Source: Takakia lepidozioides (Eukaryota; Plantae; Bryophyta). From it: DNA of 64,000 bases. Where the stretch lies: the NCBI GenBank assembly GCA_030704615.1, contig CM060733.1, positions 53,382,001 through 53,446,000 on the forward strand, written 5' to 3'. The translations under genes and the position numbers were made by a program. Positions 33,847 to 46,789 of this stretch are shown here, piece after piece. Below the pieces are notes generated by a model. That model was given only the letters and a program-made list of their open reading frames with translations. It searched no databases and was not told where the DNA came from. Each line of letters begins with the position of its first letter. The first letter of the stretch is position 1.

Positions 33847-36800
33847 ATGAGTGATGAAAGAGAAGCTAGACTCCAGAGATATTCAGCAAAAAGAGAAAGT
33901 TATCTGAAAGCTAATTATCCATATCTTTGGGAGAGAGGAATAGACATAGGGGAATCATCTGGACCTCTCACACCATTAAGATCAGAGAGTACATCACCCA
34001 TACCGGAAGAACTAGAGTTGGATGCCACTCCTTCTTTTTCTTTGCAAGAAAGATTAAGGGAATTGGTACGGAAGAAGATCAACCACGAGGTGAAAGATCT
34101 GAGGTACATCCCTGGATAAAAGATTTGACAGAAATCTTTGATAAGAGTTGGCATGGAACACCAAAAGCAGGAACTCCAGTTTCTGAGACGGAAGATGAAG
34201 AAGGAGGAGAGGATGTGGCAGAGCCAACGGAGAGTTCAGACTCTCCAACACCATTGCAGTTGAGTTACATGAGTGAAGAAGAAACCCAAGGGCAGAACTT
34301 GGAGGATGAAAACAGAGAGAAGAAATTGGAAGAGGAAGAGTATGAAGAAGTAGACCCAACAGCTGAGGTTGAGACTACAACCAGGACATCCCAACCCGTT
34401 GGACCTGGATCAAGTGGAGCACTTGGATCACAGGCCAACGAAGGTGTCGGCTCAGGGGGATCAGGCGGGCAGCCTGGATCTGGCTCTGGGGGGACAGGGA
34501 GTGTGGGAAGTAGTGCAACTGGAGCTGGGAATACTGTGAATATAGTGGGGCCAGTAGCAGGGAGTGCTCAGGGGCCACCACTTGGTGGAAGTTCCACCAC
34601 AACTACAACAGGTCCTCAAGGACCAGCACCAGCAAGGGGGCCAGCATCTGTCAGTGGGCAGAAGGTAGGGCCACAGATGGCGTTACAACCAACACGGGCA
34701 AAACCACCTTTTCCAATATATTCAGGAAAAGGGGATCCTGATGTACACATTAGCCAATTTGAGCACATGTGTATTGTGAACAATGAGAATGGCGATGATG
34801 CCAAGATGAGACTGTTTCCTTGTTCACTTATCAAGAAAGCAAGTGAATGGTATGCAAGATTCCCTGATAATCATTTCCTAACCTGGAATGGCTTGAATAC
34901 AACATTCCGAAATAGGTTCAGGACAAGTAAAACTGAGGATGAAGTGTATGGAAGTTTACAACAGTTAAAGCAAAAGAAGCATGAAACTGTTGAGGAGTAT
35001 ATGGAAAAGATGGAATTGATGATGAAAAAGCTGGCTGCTGTACCAGCACCAGGTTTACAGAAGACTTGGTTTGTGAGTGGACTAAGACCAGAGTTGCAAA
35101 AGAAAGTGGATATGTTACCCCATAATACAGTGGAGGAGGCATTTGAAACAGCGAACAGAATTGAGCAATTGGGAATGCTCAGGAGAGAGAAAAGGGATGA
35201 TGAGGACTCTGAGGATGAGTCAGATGAGGAAGAAGAGCAAGAGCTGAAAAGGAAGAGTAAGAGGAAGGAGAAGTTGAAGAGGGATAACTATGAGAAAAGA
35301 TTAGAAGAAATCTTGAAGAAGTATGCCACAGAGGCTGCAACACATTGGAGGAAGGGTGTTTGGTGTGCAAAGTGCCAGAATGAAGGCCATACCACCACTG
35401 AATGCCACATGAAGGAGAAACACTGTACTATCTGTAAAATGGATAACCATTCTACTGAGAATTGTTACTACAACAGAAGGACAGCAGCTAGAGAACCTAG
35501 GCAAGTAAGGGTGCATCAAGTGCAGCCCCAGCCAAGAAGAAACAGTGATCAGGACCACTATGGTAGGCCTGGTGGTTATAACAATGGCATGGAAGGGAGA
35601 GGTAATCCAAGAGGGAATTACCAAGGAAATTCCAGAGGCAACTATCAGGGTAATCCAAGGGGGAATTACCAGCCAGGGAATCAGGATTACAGAAACAATC
35701 CCAGAACAGACCAAGGGCGAGGACCTAATGGGGAAGAACTGTGTTACTATTGTAATCAGGCAGGACATCGCAAGGCAGCCTGTCCATTCTGGATCAGACA
35801 CCAGAATGAGATGAGAGCTCCTGTGAATGAGGGGCCAGTGGTGGCAGCTCACATGGTTAGGCCATGTGTTGTACCAGAAGTAAGTACAATGATAGTAACG
35901 AGAAGCAAAGCCAAACTAATACCTCCAGTAGATGAGGAAGATGATGATAATGAAGATGGCAGTGATGTGCCTGAAGATGATGAGGCTTGGAGAGATGAGA
36001 AGGAACTGCACAAGGAAGTGGCAGATACCATAAGGGAAATGCAGAAGAGTACTGATATTCCTATGGCAGATTCCTCTGATTCTGAAAGAGAAGAGGAAGT
36101 GAGTGAGGATGAAGGGAAGAAAGAAGCTGCAGACATGCAGAGTAATGAAGGGACTTTGGCTGAAGTAATATGCCAGTCCAAAGCGGAGATTACCATTGGA
36201 CAGCTATTGGCTGTGGCACCTTATTGTAGACACAGGCTGTATCAAGCAATCAATCGAATTGCCCATGTGACAGGGAACACAGACCTGAACAGCAAGGTGA
36301 CCAGTTATAATGTGAAGCCGGAAGGGCGAGAAACAGTCATGGACTTTGATGATTCTATGCCAGTAATCCAATTGAGAATTGGAAGCACAGAACTAACTGA
36401 TGTACTGATAGATGGAGGCTCTGGAGTGAATATCATGACAGACCAATTAAGGCAGAAGCTTGGTCTAAGTAACATGAAACCAGCCCCATTTACAGTAACA
36501 ATGGCAGATCAAAGAAGTGTACAGCCATTGGGATTGATAAGAGGAGTTAAGATACAGATTCAAAAGATGATCTTTATGATCACAGTAACTGTGTTGAAAA
36601 TGGATGAAGTCATGGAAGCTTACTCCTTATTGTTGGGACGTCCGTGGCTGAAACAGGCCAGGGTATTCCATGACTGGAATTCCCAGTTACTAACTGTGCA
36701 TGATGGGATGCACAAGATACAAATTACCACTAAGAAATCTAGTAGATTACCTGCTACGAGAAGACCTCGAGGGGTCAGGGAGTATGACTGGAGGGGAGGA

Positions 36801-39800
36801 CTTGATGAGGAGCAGGAAGCTACCCTGTTCGCTGCACACCCAGAGTGGGAGCAGGTTGCAGAGATGCAGCTGGAAGGCCTAAGTTGTTTAAAAGGTATCT
36901 GCTGTGGTGTAGTGACAGCAACACCAATTGAAGGTGAAACAAGCAGTTACCCACCACATTTCTATGAAGAAAGAGAGGGAGAAATGGAAATCCTAGAGGA
37001 ACCAGCCACTGTGAGTTTACAGGATGAAGTGGTGACTGGTTGGACAATCACAGCTGATGAGCAGGTGAGAGAAGTGAATGTGGGAACTGAAGAGGAACCG
37101 AGGATGGTGAAGGTAGGGGCTGATTTGGAGCCAGAATTCTTTGAGGAAGCTAAGAGTTTGTTCATCAAATACAGAGATGTATTTGCTTGGAGCTACGAGG
37201 ATCTAAAAGGGATACCACCTGAGATCTGTCAGCATAAGATTGAACTGGAACCAGGGTCAGTACCAATCAAACAGGCAAGGTACAGAATGAATCCCAACTA
37301 TGCACAGAAGGTTGGAGAAGAGATCAAGAAGTTGGCTGAGGCTAAGTTTATATACCCGATAGAGTATACAACTTGGTTGTCACCCATTGTGATAGTTCCC
37401 AAGAAGAATGGTAAACTGAGAGTTTGTGTGAACTATAAGAAGTTGAATGCTTGCACGAAGAAAGATCCTTTCCCTTGCCATTCACAGAAGCGGTATTGGA
37501 CACTGTGGCAGGCCATGAGATGTACTCATTCATGGATGGCTTCAGTGGTTATAATCAAGTGCAAGTGGCAGAAGAAGACCAGGGAAAGACAGCTTTCATC
37601 ACAGACTGGGGTGCTTATGCATACAAAGTCATGCCTTTTGGACTTTGTAATGCACCAGCAACCTTTCAGAGAGTGATAAGTGAATCTTTTCATGAGTATC
37701 TGGATGATTTCATGCAGGTGTTCTTGGATGATTTCAGTGTGTACAGCTCTAAGAATGAGCACTTGCATAAATTGGAGTTATGTTTGGCCAGATGCAGGAT
37801 GAGAGGTCTGGGCCTGAATCCAGAGAAGTGTACTTTCTGTGTGAACTCAGGGGTGCTTTTGGGACACATTGTGTGTAAGAGGGGACTTCTTGTGGATCCC
37901 AGGAAGACAGAGGCCATTAAAGCCTCTCCACCACCAGTAAATGTTAAGAGTCTAAGGAGATTCCTTGGACAAACCAGTTATTACAGAAGATTTGTCAAAA
38001 GGTATGCACAGATAGCAGCACCATTGAGCAAGCTTCTGAAGAAAGATGCAGTGTTTGCATGGACAGCTGAATGTCAACAGGCTTTTGAGGAACTTACATT
38101 GTCAGTAACAACTACACCTGTGCTGATTAACCCTCACTGGCATGTAGTATTTCATGTTCACTGTGATGCCTCAGGAGAAGCGTTGGGAGCGGTGTTAGCC
38201 CAAAATGTTACAGGAAATATAGATTCACCTGTGTACTATGCTAGCAGGTTGATGAACAGTGCTGAAAGGAACTATAGCACAACTGAAAGAGAAGCACTGG
38301 CAATGATTTATGCAGTCAAGAAATTCAGGCATTACCTATTGGGAAGAAAGTTTATGTTTTATGTGGATCACCAGGCTCTGATATATCTGGTGAACAAACC
38401 TTTGATAAGTGGAAGGATAGCAAGGTGGTTAATAATCTTGCACGAGTTTGAGTTCGAAGTTGTTTACAAGCCTGGCCGTTTGCATCTTGTGGCAGATCAT
38501 TTGTCACGCCTAACAACAGGAGAGCCCGCCACAGGAGTAGACGACCAATTACCTGATGCGAGTTTATTTGCAATGGAGGTGCAGGGAAGTGCAGATGAAT
38601 GGTTAGATTGGCAGTGGCCAATCAGATACTACCTTACTCATGGTCAGTGCCCACCTAGTTATGGTAAGGAGCAGAGGAAGAGAATCGCTATCAAGGCTTT
38701 ACCTTATACTATGGTAGGGGGCAGAATGTATAAGCTAGGACCTGATGGAGTACTTAAACGATGCTTGTACCACCATGAAGTAAATAAAGTTTTGGAGGAA
38801 GTTCATAAAGGAGTGGCTGGAGGTCATTTTGGAGAAGAGACTACCAGTAGGAAGATACTACTTGCAGGTTACTGGTGGCCTACTTTGTTCAAAGATGTAC
38901 ACAAGTATTGTCAGAGTTGTGATGAATGTCAGAGGCTAGGACCTTTGCAGAGATCTGGGAAGATGGCTTTGCATCCTACGATGCCTACTGAACCATTTCA
39001 GAAATGGGGACTAGACTTTGTTGGACCAATTAACCCACCAGCCAAGAATACACAGAACAAGTACATAATTACAGCCACTGATTATACTACGAAGTGGGTG
39101 GAAGCTAAAGCTCTGAGGGACAACACAGCCAAGTCCACAGCAAGGTTCCTGTATGAGAACATACTTACACGATTTGGCTGTCCCCTGGAATTTATCAGTG
39201 ACCAGGGAAGTCACTTCATTAATGAGACCATTGAACTATTGACTAAAGAGTTCATGATTGTGCATAGGAAGAGTACAACATATTACCCACAGGGTAATGG
39301 GCAGGCAGAGGCTACCAACAAAATACTATGTACTATCTTGGCTAAGATAGTCAATGCAAACAGAACGGATTGGGATACAAAGCTGCTGACAGCTTTGTGG
39401 TCATACAGGACTTCATATAAAGTCACCACTAAGTATACACCATTCCAATTAGTTTATGGTATGGAAGCTTTACTTCCAGTGGAATTCTTGTTACCTACCA
39501 TGAGAACTGAATGGGGAAAGAGAATGGAATTGGAAGATTCAATTAAGGTCAGGAAACATGAATTATACCATGTGGAAGAAGTACGTGCTGATGCAGCTGA
39601 TAACATGACCAGAATTCAGATGAAGAGGAAGGAACAGTTTGATGAAGGCAAATTAAAGACTTTTAAGACGGGAGATTTGGTTCTCTGGTTGCAGAAGAAG
39701 GGGAAGATTAAAGCTTCTAAGCTTAAATCACCATGGAAAGGACCTTATGTCATACAGAAGATGTATGATAACAACACCGCCATGTTACAAACCATTAACA

Positions 39801-40246
39801 AAGAGATGCTGGGAAGAGTCAATGCCAATAAGTTGAAAGGGTACAGTGGTATCCATGACAAACCATTGCAGCACGATTTGCATGTTGAAACGCAAAAGCA
39901 GTCACGGGCTGCGCCAGTGATACCAACGGAGTATGGAGCACTTGTCGTTAAGCCGAGCGTGTATGACCAAGGCAGGAAGTACAAGTGTCACACAGCCTAT
40001 CACAGCCCATCACAGTGTCACACAGCCCATCACAGCCCATCACAGCGTGACACAGCCTATCACACCCCACCACAGTGCCACACAGCCTGTCAGAGCCCAA
40101 CACAACCCATACAGATTACACAGTCCATAGGGTCAATGACAGGTGGACGCGAATTAACGTTAGAAAAGTGGCCAGTGAAGAGGAAGTTTGGAAGTCAAAC
40201 TTGGAGAATATGCCATGCGGAGAGGGGAAGTCGGGGGCATGTTTAG
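33847..40246 (+). pseudogene. gag-pol polyprotein with two frameshifts
   Basis: Gag core (YSGKGDPDVHISQFE), three CCHC knuckles, protease LIDGGSGVN, RT (YSFMDGFSGY, FLDDF), RNase H (CDAS, NYSTTEREAL), integrase (H..GHFG, C..C, GLDFVGP, SDQG, GQAE, GPY). A 1-nt loss at ~37475 breaks KDPFPLPF; probable frameshift near 34070. Confidence 0.93.
39986..40125 (+). repeat. Internal 10-bp CACAG-based tandem array at the pol 3' end
   Basis: cacagcctat cacagcccat cacagtgtca cacagcccat..., same period and core as the LTR array. Confidence 0.8.
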
Positions 40247-40891
40247 AAATGGACACGTGCCCACTAAGGCGTGGCACACCGCACTGCATCAATTGCAAAA
40301 AAAAGGTCTCATCATGCAAACGGACAAATCGGGCCGTCAAAGTACCTACCCGGTACAACAGCTAATATTAATTGTGGGCCCATTAATGCATTCAGTGTAA
40401 GGGTAACGGAACCCTTTCCGAGTACAGAAAAGGGAAACCTATGCCACATGTGCTGTCCTACTGGACATTCCAGGTGGGAATGTCCATGGAGGGGGGTGGA
40501 ATTAAGAAATTACCTAAGTAGTCCACAGCCAATCATGAGTGCGAATTACATGCAGGTGGTTCCCTCCAAGAAACAAGAACAAGAAATAGGAAGTGTTATG
40601 AGCGGAAGAGTCGGGGTGGCTCTGAATAGCCAAGGTCTCGACGGAAGGGGCAATCAAAGCACTAGTTCTGTAGCTATGACAGATGTAACGGATTACACAC
40701 TCGCTTTACTTCTCACGCAGTGGCACAAGGTCGGAAGCATTGAGAGTACATTTTCTCTCACTCGATACTTGCAAGCCCCATAGGCTTACACGCACTTACC
40801 TGTTCCATTCTGTGCCAACCATACCTTCATGCTCTGTGCCCTGCAAGCTTTCCTTCAGCTGTTTCAAACAAAGCCTTTTTGTTTGTCTAGA

Positions 40892-43208
40892 ATGAAGAGA
40901 ATGAGGGGAATGGAGGATATCAGGGTGAAGAGCACCACGATTCTGCAGAAGCAAACAATTGCAGCACCGCAGGCAGTACAGCTGCTAAGGGAGTTGCGAT
41001 TGGAGGGGCTGCTATGCAAGGACTGGTCCTTGCATCATCGGCAGTATATGATTCAATTTCTTCAGAACTTTGAGCCTCGGACGGGAGTTATTCAGGTGAG
41101 GGGAGTAGATATAGAAATTACTCCCCAGTACCTGCAGCAATTGTTTGATTTGCCATCAGGTCATGTGGATGTGGATGAGCACAGGGCAAGATTGCAGATA
41201 GGGAATTTGTTCCAAGAAGGGAGTTTCTTTAAAACTCAAGGTTACGCTTGTACCAAAGCCGAGTACCCAGGGCTTAGGGAAGTTGGTCAAATATTGAACG
41301 TTCTGTTTGCCATGAAACAGAACCAACAGTATTTGAGCAAGTCATTCACAGAGGAGATCCTGAAAGCTTTGAGGGGAGAGGATGTCACTTGGGCGGAGTT
41401 AATGTACAATGGACTGGTGGACGAGATGAAGAGGTTACAGGGCATTGCTGCTAAGTCTCCGATCATTGTGTCTGGTCCAGTCATTGCCCAAATAATTCTT
41501 GATTCTTGCATACTTGATACTCGGGAACGTAAGGAGATGAGAGTGTTTGAGGCAGAAACCACTGCAATTGAAGAGCAGGGCTCTTCATATAGTGAGGGTG
41601 GACTGGCAGGGCAACACCAGTCTAAGAGACAGAAGCGGGGTATGACTGTAGTGGCGGATCCACTGGCTTCACGGAAACCGCACGATGATGTTTCCCAAGC
41701 TCTTGTGCAGGATGGGGCACAGCAGCACAGAAGGCTGTTATTATTGGAAGCACGGCCTTCGGAGAGGGAAGAGGAAGTCAATTCGATACCACAGCCACCA
41801 CAACCAATTGACTCAGTTGTTTTAGAGGTTCCACAATTAGTACATGCTGTGACATCACCCCCAATTGCTCTGGAAGAAGAAAGGTTGGACATTCCCACTA
41901 CAGAGAAGGTCGTGGCCGAAATTGAGAAGGGTGACCTTCTCTATGAAAACTCTGGCTTGGTAAGGGAATCAGTGATTCGTGCAGCAGTTGTCCAAGGAAA
42001 ACCCTGCTGTGCATGTAATACCCACACCTGTGACGGAGGTACCAGGGGTAGAATATCAGGACACTGCAGCACCTGTGGAGGATGAGGTGGTTCAGGAAGA
42101 GAATCTGGTGGGGCAATGGCCTGAATGGTTGGTGAGGCATCACACTGTGGAGGATCAGGGAGAACAGCAGCAAGTTCAGCATGATGACCCTCAGCAGGCC
42201 ATGCTTATGAGTTCCATAAGTAGAACACTTAATTTGTTGGGCACTTATGTGAAATCCCATGTTCCATCTACCCAATTGGCAGCTTTGAGGAATGAACTCA
42301 GGAAGGAGTTTGAGGCTCAAATTGCCAGTGAGTGTGCTAACAAGGTAGATAAGGAGGTCAATCTCAAGTTACAGCAAGAGTTGGAGGACACAAAGGCTGC
42401 TTTGCAGTTGGCCAAGGGACATTTGATTGAAGCAGGCCTCGAGCAGGACCAGTTGCATGAAGCACATAAGCAACAGTTATACCAAATGCAGGTGAAGCAT
42501 GAGGGCAAGTTGCAAGAAGTGAATGTACTACATACAGAGTTGCAGGAAGTACATGAGAAGATGACCATACAATGTGCTACACTCACAACTACTCTTGAGC
42601 AAACTGCATTAGAAGTTAACAGACAAGGGGAGAGATGTATGAAGGAAGAAGCATAGATAATAGAGCAAGCGAAACTCATTGTTCATATGAAGAATACAAT
42701 CTGTCGCAATGAGAATACTTTCAAACAATACAGACAGGTTGAGGCTGACCAGGAGAGGTACATCCTGGAATTGCAACAAACAGTCATGGTCAATAGAAAT
42801 GAACTCTCTGTGGCTAACAAGGCTTGGAAGGAAGCCAATAATCTGGCTGCTGCCTATGCGAGTTTGGTTGAACCCCATGCGAAGCGCATGGAGGCTTTAC
42901 AGCAGCAGTTAGATGTGTACAGACTCACGGAGGAGCAGACTCTCAGGGGTGCCACACACGACTTGGTGGATAACCACCTTATGCAGGTCTGGTTAGCACA
43001 AGGGCCGGTGGAAGGCAAAGCACCACGGAAGCTCACCCAGGGCGAGATGAATGAGCTCAGACTGCAGGTGTAGAACATTGCCACAACTACTATAGACAAT
43101 GTCTATAGTAGAATAGCGGAGCTACAGGAGGATGTAGAAGGCTTGCAGACTCAGGTGGATGACCTGAGTTCAAATATTGACAAGAGAGTCTTTGTGTCGC
43201 GCACCTAA
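40892..43208 (+). pseudogene. Extra 3' ORF (~770 aa): Athila ORF/'env-like' N-terminal domain plus a long coiled coil
   Basis: IQFLQNF....IQVRGVDIEITPQYLQQLFDLP motif. ORFs 40829, 41979 and 42687 join through a frameshift (~41960) and in-frame TAGs at 42654 and 43071. Confidence 0.7.
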
Positions 43209-43706
43209 CTTCGGTAAGCTTCCCTTCAAGTCATAGTTACTCGCTTTGATGCGCGCGCCTGACTCCCAACCTGGCTCACCAGGACATAACGGTCCCCCTT
43301 CGCTTCCCACTAAACCCTCCACCTATTTGGGACTAGGAGAATTCTCTTTGGTAGATGGCAGTCCGGAACAGCTCCCCACTCTTTGGTCGCTTTCCGGCTC
43401 GCTCGCTTACTCACTAGTTTTTGGTCACCAACGGGCTTGCACCGTTCTCGGGGTCACTACTCCCCTTATATATACTTTTGTAGCTGTCCGCGGGGGTTTC
43501 ACAACCAGCCATGCCATTTTATGGCGAACCACCATGAAAACCCTCGACTCCCGGTGATGAGTCGCGGTGAGTCTTGGCCCACTCACCACGGCCCCTCTGG
43601 ACCGTGATGAGTCCCAAGACTCCCCACGACTCCCACCACGAGGTCTCCGCCCCCATGGTGAGTCCTATGCCATCCCCACTAAGTCCCGCTAAGCTACCAC
43701 CACCCC

Positions 43707-45140
43707 TTGTGGAGCCACCCCCACTGCAACCCGGTGTGCGGGGCTCCACCTAGTGAGCGCCTCCGCCTCCTTGAGTGCCTTGGGCACTCAAGGGTGCTTC
43801 AGCCCCCCATACCTATCGCTGCTGCTGCCCCCACCACAGGGGCAGCCCCTCATGTGTCCCGACCCCCCTGCCCTCAAGGCAAAGGGCCGCGACACTTTGT
43901 ACCTGAAGAGCAGCTGATGGCTACTTATTTACATGCCAGGACTCTAATTTTTCAGTCTTCTTCGCAAGGGGTGCAAGAGATACCAGTGGTAGAAGGGCCA
44001 GTGGTACCAATACCACAGCAAGTGACTGTGCAGGTAGCTGACCCTGTTGTTACTACAGCCACACCACAGCCTAAGGTATGGGGGGATGCTGCTTTTAACC
44101 CACCTAAGACTCCTGCTGCACGGGAGTACAGTCGGGCTATGATTATGCCCTTCAACCAAATTCCCATTTTGTTGGATTTGGCTTGGAAGGAATTTAGTCC
44201 TCCGCAGTCATTGGCACATTACTACCAGATCATGCGCATTTGGCTGCCAGTGGCAACTAGGACTAAGGTTCTTCCGAACAATCGACCCATTGAGGATCAT
44301 CACTTTGCGAGGTACTGGTCTGAAGCAGGTACCATGTTGAAGGAATTAATTGCCTTCCAAGTTGTACATGGGTACATTTATACCAAGACCAAGGAGGTAT
44401 CAAGTATTGTCATGGGCTGTGGATTATACTATGCTGCTTGTTTTCTGACACATTATCACATTGAGCAGCAGAGGATGCAATCCCGATTTCTGAGTTATTC
44501 CAGTGGGGATCATTGGGTCTTACCTTCAGTGCCACCTCATATGTACCTATATGATGCAAAAGTTATGATGCAGAAGGATTCCCAACTTCGTTCATGGTTT
44601 CATTCGGCATGGAACAATTTGACAACACAGAAATTCGGCCCTGAGGATATTTTCTTTAAGGGACATGAGGCATGGAAATACTTACACTGTTCCAAAGTCA
44701 TTGGCACACCTCTTACCTTTACAGATAAGGAGTTGAGGACGTTTACTAATTTTGCTTGCCAGCGCTTACAACAAGTTGTACAATTTAAACTTCCAGATAT
44801 GGTCGGACCACATTGTATGCCACATAGGATTCCACTTAAAGTTCGGCCGTTAAAACACCTAAGGGGAGACGAGGATTTTGATACTACTGTTTCTTCAGCG
44901 GACTCTTTTGACATGGCAGAGGACTATGCACTTTATATGGCAGAGAAGAAACGACGGGGATCTCCTATGCCTGAGAGGTTACCTCGTTATCAGCCAAAGG
45001 AGGGTCAGACATTTCCAAGTAGTGCTCAATCATCTCCGTCAACCAGTGACAGGACTCGGGCTCGCATACGGAGTCCTTCACGAGACTCTCACCGTCAGAA
45101 GGGTGCTTGTTCACAAAGGTTTGCTAATCCCAAACAGTAA
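43707..45140 (+). CDS. Second extra 3' ORF (477 aa), Pro-rich N-terminus, unknown function
   Basis: Long open frame ending ~20 bp before the PPT; the Pro-rich region probably starts near 43530 with a frameshift. Confidence 0.6.
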   Translation: MWSHPHCNPVCGAPPSERLRLLECLGHSRVLQPPIPIAAAAPTTGAAPHVSRPPCPQGKGPRHFVPEEQLMATYLHARTLIFQSSSQGVQEIPVVEGPVVPIPQQVTVQVADPVVTTATPQPKVWGDAAFNPPKTPAAREYSRAMIMPFNQIPILLDLAWKEFSPPQSLAHYYQIMRIWLPVATRTKVLPNNRPIEDHHFARYWSEAGTMLKELIAFQVVHGYIYTKTKEVSSIVMGCGLYYAACFLTHYHIEQQRMQSRFLSYSSGDHWVLPSVPPHMYLYDAKVMMQKDSQLRSWFHSAWNNLTTQKFGPEDIFFKGHEAWKYLHCSKVIGTPLTFTDKELRTFTNFACQRLQQVVQFKLPDMVGPHCMPHRIPLKVRPLKHLRGDEDFDTTVSSADSFDMAEDYALYMAEKKRRGSPMPERLPRYQPKEGQTFPSSAQSSPSTSDRTRARIRSPSRDSHRQKGACSQRFANPKQ

Positions 45141-45179
45141 ACCGTGAGGACACGGCTTTTTGAGAGGGGGAGGGGTAAA

Positions 45180-45451
45180 TGTTAGAGGGCTGCTTGGGAC
45201 TTAGACGCTTTTACGGGTTCTGTGGGGTACCCTTAATTTTTGCGCAGACTGAGACCAACAGGAGCCTTAGGGGTGGCAGTGGCAGACTTTAGGGGGGTTA
45301 TACAGCCCGACACAACTTTACACAGCCAGTCACAGCCGCCACAGCTTCGCACAGCCCGACACAGCTTTACACAGCCAGTCACAACCGCCACAGCTTCGCA
45401 TAGCCCGACACAGCTAGTCACAGCCCGCCACAGCTTTGCACAGCCAGTCAA
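45180..45451 (+). repeat. 3' LTR, truncated within or just after the 10-bp array
   Basis: Matches the 5' LTR start; similarity stops at ~45451; no TSD matching the left flank TATGG. Confidence 0.85.
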
Positions 45452-46789
45452 AAGAATGAGAGCATGTGGAAGCTGATGTGCACATGCCAGCTGTCTTTGT
45501 GCTTCAGCAAAACTACTGTTGCCTATGGCATTTTGACCCCCCTTACTTTGACCAGTTGTAAATCAGAAAATATGAATCCATTTTTTGTATTCTATGGCTC
45601 ATCAGAATGCCAATGTGTTGGACAACACTTGTAAGTAGGATGAGGTCCTGCAGATTTCATCCCGTCATTGAAAATTGCAAATTCCTCCAATTTCCCTTAT
45701 TGTTTTGGGTGGGGCCCAAAAAATGGGCCCCACACTCAACGGTGGCGTTTCTCTGATTTTCGCCTGATTGGCCTGGAAATTTACAGGTGTCTGGAAGGTC
45801 AGAATTTCATGACACCAAGTGGGAGTTACACTGATTGGAGAGACATTCCTTCTGGTGCCGCTATGCTGATATCACATCTGGCTGGTGTCTAGACTGTATT
45901 ATTTTATGAGAAGGGCTGGGAAGAATTGACAAGCCAAAAACCCGGCATATGTCATATATTGCAAGCTTATGGTCAGTTTTCACATTTCACAGGGTTTGAA
46001 TTTCTGTCCATTATAACATGTGGAGAAAGAAAACCAAAAAACACACAAACATGTGAAATGTAAACACTCATGAAGTAAAACAATCTACGTAAGGTAGTTT
46101 GTTTGTTTTGTAGCGTATCTCCCAAAGGGCGGGCCCAGCCCTGGTGCTTGGTACCGTTGGAAAGCCCTCTATGAGAAGGGGTGCACCCACACATGACGTT
46201 ATATGTACCCCTACGAGCTCTGCTCGCTGCCATATGTCAGCGGTCTTCGCGCACAGGGAGGGCAACCCATCCCTTGGCTCCATGGACCCCACAGTCAATG
46301 TCGCCACAACCGCGGTCAGAAGGAAGAGGTTGTTCTACACAATGGCGTTATGCATGATCTGCACTGTACAGGTGTTGGGCATGTGAGTCATTGGGTTGTT
46401 ATGCCATGAAGCTTTAGCCATAATCCATGTCATCATCTGGTAGGGTTTGTGGGTTTTGTGGGCTACGCTCCTGTCAGCTCCTCTCAGTTTCACGACATTG
46501 CATCTGTCTACAATGCTCTTTTGTAGTACTCTATTCATACAGTAGTGGTGATACTGGACGTATTTGCATCTTTCTCTGCCATGTTGGAATGTCAAGATGT
46601 TCTCAACACCAAAACTGTTGCATTCTTAAACATAGCTGAGAATGAAGATGTGAAGCATGAGCTCGAACAAGAGGCTGGGGATGTTGGTGGGAACGTTGCA
46701 TTTGATGGAGTTCATGGATTTGATGTACTTCAACGTGATCTTATTGCTTCCATGCAGGCTAAGATGCAGAGCGCCCCTCCAGATGGTAT

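Larger units (their letters stand above)
32357..45451 (+). mobile_element. Ty3/Gypsy LTR retrotransposon (non-chromoviral, Athila-like) with extra ORFs; 3' LTR truncated
   Basis: Direct repeats starting TGTTAGAGGGCTGC at 32357 and 45180; PPT GAGAGGGGGAGGGG at 45162-45175; domain order gag-PR-RT-RH-INT. Confidence 0.95.

Noticed and set aside
37460-37490. Programmed ribosomal frameshift between the two pol ORFs
   Set aside because: The break lies inside the conserved RT motif KDPFPLPF and is explained by a single lost T.
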